Origin: Phoronis australis
Lineage: Eukaryota > Animalia > Phoronida
NCBI GenBank assembly: GCA_002633005.1
Contig: NMRA01000348.1
Coordinates: 359,065 to 423,064, forward strand
Direction of reading: 5' to 3'
Length of the DNA stretch: 64,000 bases
Shown here: positions 53,201-64,000 of the stretch, one piece after another
How positions within the stretch are numbered: the first letter of the stretch is position 1
Layout of the letters: each line of letters opens with the position of its first letter
The notes under the pieces: generated by a model
The model's input: the letters and a program-made list of their open reading frames with translations, nothing else
Database searches by the model: none
What the model was told of the DNA's origin: nothing
Translations under genes and position numbers: made by a program

Positions 53201-53273
53201 GGCGCTGAGGGGTGTAGTGGTAAAGTCGGCGACTCGCAACTGATGAGGCCCGGGTTCGAATCTCACTAGCGAG
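53201..53273 (+). mobile_element. tRNA-derived SINE head / tRNA pseudogene
   Basis: A-box-like gtgtagtggt and B-box ggttcgaatc at tRNA spacing; stems imperfect. Confidence 0.55.
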
Positions 53274-53586
53274 ATAACATTATGGGTTATTACACGGTTG
53301 TATCTCATATTCGAGGCCAATACTGGTATGAATTGTAATAAATTCATAAAATGTAACAATTTGTTTCATTATAGGAGAAGCCTGGCAAGGTAAAATGTAA
53401 CGACGACGTGAATGGTATGAAATTATTATATTTTACGGCGTATCACAACACATCGTCTGCGTTGAGTTCTAATTGGTGCATGCGTGAGCTCAATCAACAG
53501 CAGAGGCAGAGATTATCAAAACTAGTTTGAGTATCTAATAGTTGAGAACAACATGTCTTTACGGTAGAATTTTTCGTGAAACCTAG

Positions 53587-54939
53587 TCATCGAATAGCGA
53601 CAAAAAGCGCAACGCCCGTGGTAAAGATTGCAACCATTAGCAGGTAGAACGCCACCCATTGGAACGTCTTCTTCCTCACTGTTCTCTGGATTTCTTGTAA
53701 TTGTTCAGAGTTGTAACCGAGAATTTCCAACAAAGCAGGGTCATATTTGGTCTGGAAACAAATAAATTGATGTAAAATAAAAGCGTCACTAACAAGCAGA
53801 AATTCAATCCCCAACTTATTTAAATTTTGTTCTTAGTCAGAATTTACAAAAGTGCCAAATAGTGCAATCAGAACTTTTCGAAATTATAAATGCTTCTAAG
53901 AAACCAATCATAAATGATATTATCCCATAGTTTCATACAGAGCCTTCGTACGTAAAGCCAGGGCCAGGTTACTTATTAAGCCAATCCAAAACTCAGTTCG
54001 AAGCCACCTAAGTCTCCAAACGTTCTATAATGACCTTGTGGTGCGTGGCATACGAATTGAAGATGTGGTGTGGAAAAGTTCTGGCGAAACTGCAGAAAAC
54101 TATAGAAAAATTGCTGGAACGGGACAGCACACGTTGCCGGTGCATCAGATTGCGTACCTCGAGAAACCTCCACCAGGGGTAACGCCAGTATTCGCTTGAC
54201 TTGACGAGATCGTGCCAATATGGGGATGTCGCAGTGCTTTATTTCAGCCATGATCTTAACAATCCACACCAGTGCTGCGCACTCGATTTTTGAAGTTTCT
54301 TTACGTATAGTCATTGTGTCTAAATATGTTGGTTTTAAGACAAAGCACTATTTTTTTCGCCCCAACCAGTTACATGTAACAACACGCCGTAAAGTCGCTA
54401 CCAGTCAACCAGTGCTACCATTACAAAAACGTATCCCAGAAACAAGGACATGTATTTAGACGTTGCCGCTTCTACTCACCTGCTGCGGTATTACTGAGTT
54501 TGGTACGTCTCTAAACATGGTATGGGATAACGTAACTTGTTCTGCACTATCTAAGCTCTCTGCTACGGTCCCGGATGAGCTTCCTTGAATGTCTGTCTCG
54601 CCAATATCCAGAGACCTTGAAACCTCATCATTGTCGTCCACGAATATGGGGTTGGATTTCACTTGCGTTTTAAGGAGACTGTCAGTTTTCTTTCCTAAGT
54701 AGATGTCCTCCAATATTTCGACCTTCAATACTGTACCATCCATGTGTCCGAGAATGTTACGCTTTTCCCGATTATTGAGTTTTCGGATGCGATGCTCTCC
54801 AAAGTCGTCTTTCCTATCCTTTTCTGGTCACCGACCCTCTGTTCATTTCTGCTGAATCGGTAACTGCTAGCTGGTGAATCAGCTTGTGATATCATTTCAC
54901 CTTCTCCAGACCGGTTAATTATTAACACACCATCGACAC
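53587..54939 (-). pseudogene. Spliced gene fragment with apparent frameshift, ending in a C-terminal hydrophobic helix
   Basis: Candidate exon 54480-54939 needs a frame change (ORFs 54725-54928 and 54456-54743); donor CAG|gtgagt at 54480; terminal exon 53587-53751 TKYDPALL...FQWVAFYLLMVAIFTTGVALFVAIR*. Confidence 0.45.
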
Positions 54940-54987
54940 CTACGGGAGTGGGAATTTTCCATAAACCCCAGTGAGCATAATCTTCGT

Positions 54988-55242
54988 TATTACTCTGCGC
55001 GTGTAAGCGCAGAGTACTGTTGTTCCTGGGTTTTCTTCAATTTTATTCTTATTCTTATTCTTCTTATTCTTCTTCTTATTCTTCTTCCGACCAAACTTGA
55101 TGCTTAATAACTCCAAATTGGGTGCAGGTAGGGTCTTTAAATTCAGCATATGACTTTTGACAGTATATAAATTTTGATTGGTTATATAATCATATTCCAT
55201 ATTGCACCGGAAGAGGTCGTTTGGAGCAAAGGTCATATTTTC
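54988..55242 (-). mobile_element. 5'-truncated copy of the HINE-like element at 58255-59580
   Basis: Near-identical reverse complement of 59270-59518, including the AAG/AAT microsatellite and terminal hairpin. Confidence 0.8.
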
Positions 55243-58200
55243 CCATTAGTATTATATTTTCATCGAGTTTACTTGATGAATCAAAATGATCGATACTCGA
55301 AATTTTATTCTGTTTCGTGGCACAGCAGCGAAAATGTGCGGCTATGGACGAATCCGGTGAGTTGCTTTCTCCCTGGTTCCTCGACCTAAAAGTATTGGCG
55401 TCGGTAGAGTATTTCTTCATGCAGGCTATTCCGCTCAGACCAAATTGACACGAAACCTCAGTTGAAGAGCAGTTTTGCTTTTATGTTCTTTCTTCACTGC
55501 TTCAAAATGTCCATTGATTTAATGTTTTATTTTATATTTTTGTTCTGCCCTTGACTTGCAGCATTTTAAGACACGTGGTTGTTGATTCACTAAATGTGGT
55601 TCTTAAATATCCGAGTGTAACAATCGAGCATTCTTTACGTTCCATACTAATAATATCTTTTGCGTGCCAGGTGTTTCAAAGATACTTACATCTGCCAAGA
55701 CTTAGTTCAATTAACGATTTTTTCAACTAAGTTTCATCGCCTGTCCACTCCCAGATTCGTGCTACCGTGTACGTTACGTTTCACGTGGCAACATATCCCC
55801 CAAAAAACGTGTCTTCAATGAAATAAATACAGCAGATATGGTTCATAATTTGTGTTCATAGTTTATTTATTTAACCAAAACTATGCAACGCAAGTGATTA
55901 GACTTAGTAAGCGTTCTCAAATGACGTCATCACTCAATGGAAGAGGTGGCTTGGAAAGATGACGATTCACGAAAGGTTCAGTGAGGAGTACGACTCGTGG
56001 TGACGTGTTGGTGTGGTTTATTAGACTATGGCCGTAATACTAGATACTGTATTACAGTGTACATGTACGACTAGGAAACGATTTCCTTTCAAAGCGGAAA
56101 TGGCTAATTCCAAGACCTGGACCTGTCGTTTCTCGCTTCCAAGACAATTTGACATATGGATGCTTGACACATCTGGTAACTTTACTGGTGTTTATCGAAC
56201 CTGTGTTTAAGTGAAAAATGATAACAACATAAAATATTATTATTTATTATTGATTAGACAACATGAACATGAAACAGAAGATATATGTACCCTGATTACA
56301 TTAAGTCACAAAACAATAAACATAAACATTACAGTAGTCAATCCTGACTACATAGAGTTACAATAGTAGGAATGAAATGGTGCACTTCAAGGAGCAAAAC
56401 CACGATGTTAGACTGAAGTACATGTATAATCAAAAGGATTGTAGTCATCGCAAGCGCGATCTATCACACTGTACTCTGGCGGCAGGAAAACGTAACATTT
56501 GCGTAGTACAAACAGTGCATTGCCCTGGCACGGCCGCCTACTCACTTTTAAGCCTTATTACGGCGGCAATTTTAATAATGTCTCCACCAAAGTCCCAGGC
56601 ATACTCGCAAACCCCAATTAGGGGTGATCTAACATGGTATTACCAACCTCTCAAAACCCGTGTGCACGCTTCCCATAACACACACCTCGGGATCAGAAGA
56701 ATACACTAATGAGTGTGCCACGTCGATCCGCGCTGAGAGCAAATCGAGAGATACGTCGTGACTGTTGAAGGACAGTCAAGCTCATATCAAATATTAAAAT
56801 CGGAATCAAATGTACAATATTAGTTCCAATAAGGCTTGTTGAAAATACTTCGAGAGGTTTATGTTAAAGTGGTTCTCTACACTATTCGTCATTGTGAACA
56901 TATGCATTGTACACAAAGTCAAAAGAATACACGTAATATATACATGTATGTATATAATTTTAGGACACCGACAATTTTGATAAAGCTGCTGAGGCGATTA
57001 AAGAAAAAAAATAGATGACATTTAACGTCTACAGACCATTGCGGCCCTGGTATACTTGATACGTTTTCGAAATGCACTAAGATGCAGAGAAGACGTTGGA
57101 ATTCTATCTACTAGTAGGCCATTAAGCCTGATTGGAAGAAAATCTTTGCAGCAGTTCCACATGCTTTATACATGTGCATGAAAATCATAAAATATTGAAA
57201 TGAGGATTCCATCTGACGCTGTTATATGAAAAACCTATGCAGTTAAGGACGTGTCACCACGAACCCTGACGGAAACTCTGAACTACGCCACAGCTTATTC
57301 TGTGCCGTGGCCGGTAAACCTGACATCAGGGCATGTCTGTACTTGGGAGCAGGTGCATGTTGACGTTTCTGTCTAGCTTCTGGGCCATGTGGGATGGTCA
57401 TGGGGACAATGTATCTTTGGTAGTATAAAGGCAGGTTGCTCTTAAAGTTTGGTAATACCATAGAATTGGAGACACAAGTGTCCCTGCAAACACAATGAAA
57501 TATTACTGTGCAATGGTTATATGGTTGGGTATTTAATACTGTTGCGAGTGCCACCTCGCGTACAACTCGTCAATTAAAGCATATATATCACCAGACGAGC
57601 TCACGCCACAACACTAACTTCACATCAATTCTAAGAAATATTTCTCCACCAAAAAGAGGCATTATCATGGCACTCTAGTTCGCTTTACTTGACTCAAACA
57701 TGGTAGAATGTATGTTTATGATTCAGCCTACAAACATTCAAAAGAGTGTGGGGAACCGATTTAATGGCAAATAAACCGATGATTGGTTAAGTCGCGGAGA
57801 TGCAGTTTACGGATTAGAAATATCAACCTAGTACTTACGATTGATAAGAACCCGACATGTCTTTGGGTGGCGATTTTCTTTTCCGACAAAGACAAACTCC
57901 AATCACAGTAACCAAGACGATGAGGATTCCCAAGACCGGGGAGATACCACCCATTAAATCAGCAAAATGGCTTTTAGTTGACGGTTGTTCTGAAAAGCAT
58001 GAAAAATTTACTGACTTTCATTAATGGGTACGGCTAGTTTGCCATACTATGGTCCGAGTAGACCTGCATTAACGCAACGTAACTCAGTTGCATCTGGGGA
58101 AAGCCAAGATTATTTTTGGTCAAAACAGAAACGAGTAAAAAGATTTTAATCATTCTATTTACTGTTTTTCTCTTAACCATTCACGAAAGGTGTTTGACTA

Positions 58201-58254
58201 TGGACTAATATCTGTAAAAGTTTTTTACCAATTGCCTTCAGAATGATAAGAATT

Positions 58255-59580
58255 AACTAGAAAGATTATTGTCACGGTGTGACAATAACGGACTCTGCGC
58301 GTGCGTATTACTGGAATTATTATGGGAAGTTACTGACAGCAACCCGTTTACCAATATGAAAAGGAATTTTTTAAAATTGTAGGAGAAATTACATGTTATT
58401 TTTTTGATGACCTTTCCACTAATTGACCTCTTCCGCTGCATTATGAGCCCCGATGAGGGAGTACTTGTTAACTCGATTAAAAGTGTGGTTAATGCTAATA
58501 ATCACAGATGTTTTACTTTAAGCACTTCAGAATACAAGATGAATGAATTGGTCAAACTTGCAGAAGAAAAATGCACCTAATGACCCCATGGGTGCACCAA
58601 ATGACCTGAAAATTTAGAAATCAAACTCAATCGCACTTAGTAAACAGATACGCAATTCGGAAGTCTCTAGCTCAAAATTTTAGTTTGCACTCAATGACCT
58701 TTGACCTATTTTTTCTGATTGGTTAGGCCTATTGTGAAGTAAAGTAGGGTATTCAATTGGCATGTTGACTTACACCAGTGTGCTGAAATTGAAAAGAATT
58801 CCTTGGAAAACGTAAGAGATATAACATTTTAAACGTTACATGACCTTTGCACAAATTGACCTGATCCGGTACATTTTAAGCATCTTTAGGAGAATTATTG
58901 CAAAGCCCATGGAAAATGTGTTTAACGCTGAGAATCACAGTTGTCTAACGGTTGACACATTAGAATACTTGCTGATTGAAAAGGTCAAATTTTCAGAAGA
59001 AAAATCCACCTAATGACCCCATGTTTGCACTAAATGACCTGGAACTTTGGATTCCGGTATGATTTCCCAGTGGCAATCAGACCTGTCAATTTGAAGTGTC
59101 TAGCTCAAAATTTTAATTTGCACCTAATGACCTTTGACCTATTTCACCTGATTGGATTATCCGATTACTTAAAAAAGTATTTTTTTAAATTGTACTGTTG
59201 ACTTATACCTGTGCACCGAATTTGAAAAAGATAGCTTTAAAACTGTAGGAGGAGTAGCATTTTGAAAATTATATGACCTTTGCACCAAACGACCTCTTCC
59301 GGTGCAATATGGAATATGATTTTATAAACAATCAAAATTTATCTACTGTCAAAAGTCATATGCTGAATTTAAAGACTGTACCTGCACCCAATTTGGAGTT
59401 ATTAAGCCTCAAAGTTGGTTGGAAGAAGAATAAGAATAAGAATAAGAAGAATAAGAAGAATAAAATTGAAGAAAACCCAGGAACAACTGTACTCTGCGCT
59501 TACACGCGCAGAGTAATAAGAATAAAATTGAAGAAAAGCCAGGAACAACAGGACTCTGCGCTTACACGCGCAGAGTAATT
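58255..59580 (+). mobile_element. Non-autonomous Helentron/HINE-like element
   Basis: 5' aactag + palindrome ttattgtcac-ggt-gtgacaataa; subterminal IR actctgcgcgtg (58292) / cacgcgcagagt (59503); internal ~430-bp repeats with tgaccttt; AAG/AAT microsatellite; 3' hairpin duplicated. Confidence 0.75.
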
Positions 59581-59626
59581 ACAGAATTTATACATCAATC
59601 AATCATAAAGCGGTGTGGCCACATGG

Positions 59627-59701
59627 CGTCACCTGACCCAGATTCGAATCCTAGAGCTTCTGCTAGCCGTGCAGACGCTCTAGTCCACTGAGCCACTGGG
59701 A
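59627..59701 (-). mobile_element. tRNA-derived SINE head
   Basis: Minus strand gtggctcagtgg (A box) and ggattcgaatc (B-box-like). Confidence 0.5.
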
Positions 59702-60508
59702 AGACCGGTTTATATTCATTAGGTCAAGTTATGTGACCACAGGTGGCGTGCTCATTAGACTTAGGCGTGTTTTTGAAATTACAGAGTTGGATATGGCCAT
59801 TTGTCAACTTTTACGTTAACGGGATTTGCACGCAAGTGGGCGAGAACGCGTGCAATGTTCACTTCAGCGTTTCCAACGAAGAGAGTTGGTCACTATTAAT
59901 GGGCTTGGCCGAATGTGCATTGGATAAGATAAATGCAGATCTAAACCAACACGACTGTTTAGCACGAGTTCTAAAGTCAAAAAAAAACGACCAACATGAC
60001 TGTTTTTTAAACTGAACAGCATAGATTAGCCGTATTCGGATTTTTAAAATCGATACATTAGCGAATAGTTTTTTCCATCATTGCGCCTAGTCCAGTCGCA
60101 TTACTTTGTAAGTGGATTGAGACGAGTCAATCACACAGTCTGGCTTAAGCTAGCTTAGGCATTGGAACTACAAAACCGTATATGTTAGCGTAGTATTTGC
60201 TTCATGGCGGACAAAGAGCCAGCTAACCAGTTATTGTATGTAAATAGACGAAACAGTGTTGGATAAAATTGAAATTATGAAGTACTAGGTTGCATTTCCG
60301 GTATATTGCCCAATACCTTGGGAGAGGGAACTTCCCAGACGTGGTAAACACACAGTGCACGCACAACTACAAAGATATAATACAAAATTTACTTCAAAAC
60401 GAAATAAACAGACAGCGAAGATCTAATTGCTTTTAAGTGGCCTAAAGGAAAAATTAATTCACAACGTGAGGCCCGTGTTCATTCTATTCCCCCTTAGTCC
60501 ATCTATAC

Positions 60509-60631
60509 CTGAACAGAATGTACCGTTCCCCGTTTAACCATTTCGACATTTGTACGAGTAGCCCCTATCAGTGTCCTCACATAGAGCATCAGGGTTGCAG
60601 TTGTAGAGGTCATTCGAACACTCATCAACAT
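60509..60631 (-). pseudogene. Decayed calcium-binding EGF exon (in-frame TAA)
   Basis: aag|VDECSNDLYNCNPDALCEDTDRGYSYKCRNG*TGNGTFCS|gtatag; stop at 60534-60536, fourth Cys replaced by Tyr. Confidence 0.75.
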
Positions 60632-61217
60632 CTTGAAGTACATGCACATACTGTGTGGTGGTTTTACATGGAGCAAGCTAGTCACTCATACCTATGAACC
60701 GTCGTTCATTTCTTCTTAGCCCGTGGTAATCAACGCGTCTGACAGTTGATCGCCGTTACCAGATTGTTGACATCTACATGTAAGTTAACGATTGCATCAA
60801 GAATCTCTCCAGGGACTAACAGTGGTCACTTAAAGAAAACCTGGTCTCTTGGAAGGAGGCTTCGTACCATACTGTAGGCAGAATTTATCGAATTTTTGTC
60901 GTGCCCAGTTCGTTCAGATTTTGTTCGCTTTACCTGGATACATGTAGATCCAAACCTAGAAGCGGATAGGCCGGGTCCGTTCACTTGTTCTAAACACCTC
61001 AAAGTGAGTGGGACATGGTATGAGGTATTGGTGGTCACCGTATACAAGACATGTTTTAAATACGTCCAGTAAGAAATAGAATGGTCAATAAAACAAAACC
61101 AGTAAGATAACATTGATTATGTTCGCACAATAATTACTGAAGACATTGTTGAAGCGGTGTATACACTTGAACAGGAACACGAAGAATGCATACAGACGAC
61201 AGTCACAGTCAACTTAC

Positions 61218-61397
61218 TCTGACATTGCAAAGGCAAACCATTCCACGTTGCATTAGATAAACATGTCAGCGTTGCTTCTCCTGACTTTTGTTCGTAGCCA
61301 GTCTTGCAACTGTACGCCAGAACATAGCCGTACGTGAAAGATGACCCAGTCCTAACCGCATTTACGTCTTCGGCACGTGGTTTCGAGCAATTTATAC
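61218..61397 (-). CDS. Gene 2 exon: sushi/CCP domain
   Basis: INCSKP...FTYGYVLAYSCKTGY...LTCLSNATWNGLPLQCQ; phase 1-1 exon. Confidence 0.9.
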
Positions 61398-61531
61398 CTG
61401 GAAATAGACATTGAGTGATTGGAGAATATATTACCTCTACCTTATGGGGCAGGGTCGTAACTGTAATGTATAAAATGAGAGTTTTCATTGAGCATTCAGT
61501 CGTATGCCAACTCAAGGGTATTTAGATGTAC

Positions 61532-61704
61532 CTGCAGTGAGGGAGTTCCCAACATATGTGACCATCACTCGTCGATTTCCAATAACCACATACGGGTTGA
61601 TTACGGAGGTGGCGTCTACGGCTTGGACCGTGGCTTTCATTTTTTCATGGACTGTTAAGTTGCCAGTCAGCAATAGTTGTAGATAAACAATAACAGATCC
61701 GTTC
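61532..61704 (-). CDS. Gene 2 exon: SEA domain C-part
   Basis: (R)NGSVIVYLQL..., SEA GS-V-I-V motif; phase 2 to 1. Confidence 0.8.
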
Positions 61705-61923
61705 CTAAACAGAAATGACACTGTTTCATTAGTCTAGAACACTACACTAAGACAATGAACTATTTTCCAAAACATAAATGCATCTCAGTACTATAGTCTT
61801 CTCCCGCTTTTTGGTGAAGTCACGAACCAAAATAATCTGATGCAACTAGGAAATGCCTTTGTTTAATGCTATGCTGAAGACAATCATGGTAGCAGAATAT
61901 TCACGCAAGATAAATATTCTTAC

Positions 61924-61985
61924 CGCAACTGAGTGATTCTGACGTCCTTGAAATGTTCAATGGCTTCACTGTATCGTTGATTGAG
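61924..61985 (-). CDS. Gene 2 exon: SEA domain middle
   Basis: tag|LNQRYSEAIEHFKDVRITQL(R)|gtaag, phase 0 to 2. Confidence 0.75.
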
Positions 61986-62917
61986 CTAGAACATAAATAT
62001 ATACCAGTAAAGTCATCCTATTAAAATTCATCTAAAATGTTAAAAACGCCGCATCGCGTATTAGCGCCGGTCCAGCTCCGGTCTTGAATAAATGGAGAGT
62101 AAAACCCTCATTGAAAAATTAGCCCCGCCCTCTAAATGAGCGAGGTCTACACCTGTTTGCAATTCATCGTTTTACTAGATGGTCTAGAGACTACTGTTAC
62201 TAAATGTAAGTCGAAATAACTGGTGGAAATTAACTAATTTATGCTGTACATGTACAAGTATTAAAATAATAATTGACTTAAAGCCTATCCTGAACGGGAA
62301 CACCTGTAAATTTGGTCCCTACAGTGTCTTGAGAGCATCGCGCTGAGGGCACCAGTGCCATAAATTGCCAAATGTAACGGGCTGTTAGGCGTAATGGCTT
62401 GCTTTTGTTAGTGAACTCGCATTTTCTTATTTTACTAAAGATTAGCTAGGACTACTACTGTAACTGATAAGCCCGATACATTTATAATAACAAAATTCTG
62501 TTGTAGTAATTGTTGGTTTAAAAAAACGTGAAAAACGTGCAACACGTGTAGAAACCGGACCAGAAATCGTCTGTCTAGTTAAAGTTGTCAAGTGAAACGA
62601 AAACTGTTCAAAACACGTTGCAAAAACTTATGAAGCATCCGATGCTCTCCATAACAACTTTCAACAGTAAGTGAGCGCCGTTCTCGCAATATTGGCCTTG
62701 TTGAAAGAGCGCCGGTTTGGAATAAGCGTCGGCTGAAAAAAGGCTTCGAAGAAATAAACGTCCGAGAACAATTACGCAAAGCTACGGTATAGCTTTTTCA
62801 GTGACTCACAGTTAAAGTCGTAAACAAAGTGAGCGTTCAATATGGAATCTTTGTAAAGTGAATTCTCTTAGTAACTGGAGGCTCACGACGGTGTGCGACA
62901 ACATACAAAGTACTCAC

Positions 62918-63030
62918 TGCCGTGTAAAGGTCTTTCAAAAGCAGCTGAGTTACAGGGTCCGCGAGGTTCTTGTAGTTTTCTTGATACTCCAAAAACAGTC
63001 CCATCGTAATATTGACGTAAGAGGTCATTC
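62918..63030 (-). CDS. Gene 2 exon: SEA domain N-part (gene probably starts right of window)
   Basis: tag|MTSYVNITMGLFLEYQENYKNLADPVTQLLLKDLYTA|gtgagt. Confidence 0.8.
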
Positions 63031-63267
63031 CTAAAAGCATCGTGACAATTGATGAATGCCATTCCATGATAGCGTCAATTAAAAGTGGCAAGGTGATGTT
63101 GGCATACTTGAATCAAATTTTGTATACAAGTGTCTCGGTTAGATCTGGCAAAAACTGGAAATTATTTTTAAAAACAATAGGTGGTGCATTCATTGTTAAG
63201 TGTGGTCTTCACGCCACCTATTGGCCGAATCACGTGACCTAACGAACGTGAGTCTGGTAAGATTTGT

Positions 63268-63338
63268 GCCGCCGACCTGGACTCGAAACCAGGACCTTTC
63301 TGTTAACCATGCAGCAGTTCTAGCCACTGAGCCAGACC
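63268..63338 (-). mobile_element. tRNA-derived SINE head
   Basis: Minus strand tggctcagtggc ... ggtttcgagtcc; similar to 59627-59701. Confidence 0.5.
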
Positions 63339-63644
63339 TAAAAATGTTTCTTATCTACATGTAACTTTCTGAGCCGGTGTAATATTAATGGTAATATCGG
63401 CATATCTTAGAAGCCACGTAGGAAATATTTGTTTTCTTCTAAAGGATGTTGCAACGCTGGATGATAATTTGTTAGTTCTTGCTTTTCACCGTGCAGTTGT
63501 CACCATAGCTTAATTTTTTTCCTGAGTCTCGTTTTCATTTATTTTTATGCTTCTACAATTTAGATTTTTATACTGAAATCCTAAAAAAGTGTTCCGAGAA
63601 ACGCAGGTCCGATACGTTCGATACTCTGTCTGGTCTGGGGGAAA

Positions 63645-63712
63645 TGGTGTGTTTCAGTGGTTTGAGCTGTGGACTCCGGCGGTTTGGCGACCGGGGTTCA
63701 AAACTTGGCTTC
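63645..63712 (+). mobile_element. Degenerate tRNA-derived SINE head
   Basis: gtttcagtggt ... ggggttcaaaac. Confidence 0.35.
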
Positions 63713-64000
63713 ACTGTCTGACCATCGAGCATTGCACAAAGGAGTCTCCTACTCCCCGAAGCTCCGCCTTGCTAGTAAATATATACGAGAGAATTAATGA
63801 GAATCCCTGACATCATGCGAAATCGCTTCCCGCTGTCTGATTGCAGTGGCAGGCTGGCTATATGAACGTCCGTAAATGTGTGAACTCGAACTCTAAATAA
63901 TAAGCACCATTTTATTTTTCAAATTTCAAGCGTTATAGTGCTGTTAATTTCCGCTCAACAGCCTTTGGTTTTACACTCAAACCTTATTTCTGCCCAAAAC

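Noticed and set aside
53201-53273. Possible functional tRNA gene
   Set aside because: Acceptor and anticodon stems pair poorly; several similar degenerate heads occur in the window, which suggests SINEs
54940-55236. 98-aa ORF MTFAPNDLFRCNMEY, duplicated at 59273-59578
   Set aside because: Lies within the repeated HINE-like element; the K/N tract is a microsatellite translation

Overview
Eukaryotic, AT-rich, intron- and repeat-rich DNA, most likely from a marine invertebrate (inferred; the species cannot be determined here). The main feature is one very large minus-strand gene, from an ATG at about 43661 to beyond position 56. I traced about 39 GT-AG exons by hand, and the reading phases chain consistently except at one junction. 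The coding sequence is about 7.7 kb, or more than 2,500 aa. Predicted order: signal peptide; Pro/Gly/Glu repeats; two small 4-Cys modules; WAP domain; Gly/Gln/Lys repeats with a furin site; cadherin-like repeats resembling bacterial adhesins; DxCGxC Cys repeats; IPT/TIG-like domain; PKD/REJ-like module; GAIN/GPS-like region lacking the HL|T/S cleavage triad; Thr-rich stalk; SEA-like domain. This fits a polycystin-1/REJ-like adhesion protein with an unusual N-terminus. A second minus-strand gene enters from the right edge, with SEA, sushi/CCP and a stop-containing EGF exon. A frame-disrupted fragment ending in a hydrophobic tail lies at 53.6-54.9 kb. Introns and intergenic DNA carry Helentron/HINE-like elements, MITE-like hairpins, tRNA-derived SINE heads and microsatellites. 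All domain calls are by-eye motif recognition, not database results. Most ORFs in the supplied track are spurious or partial exons.
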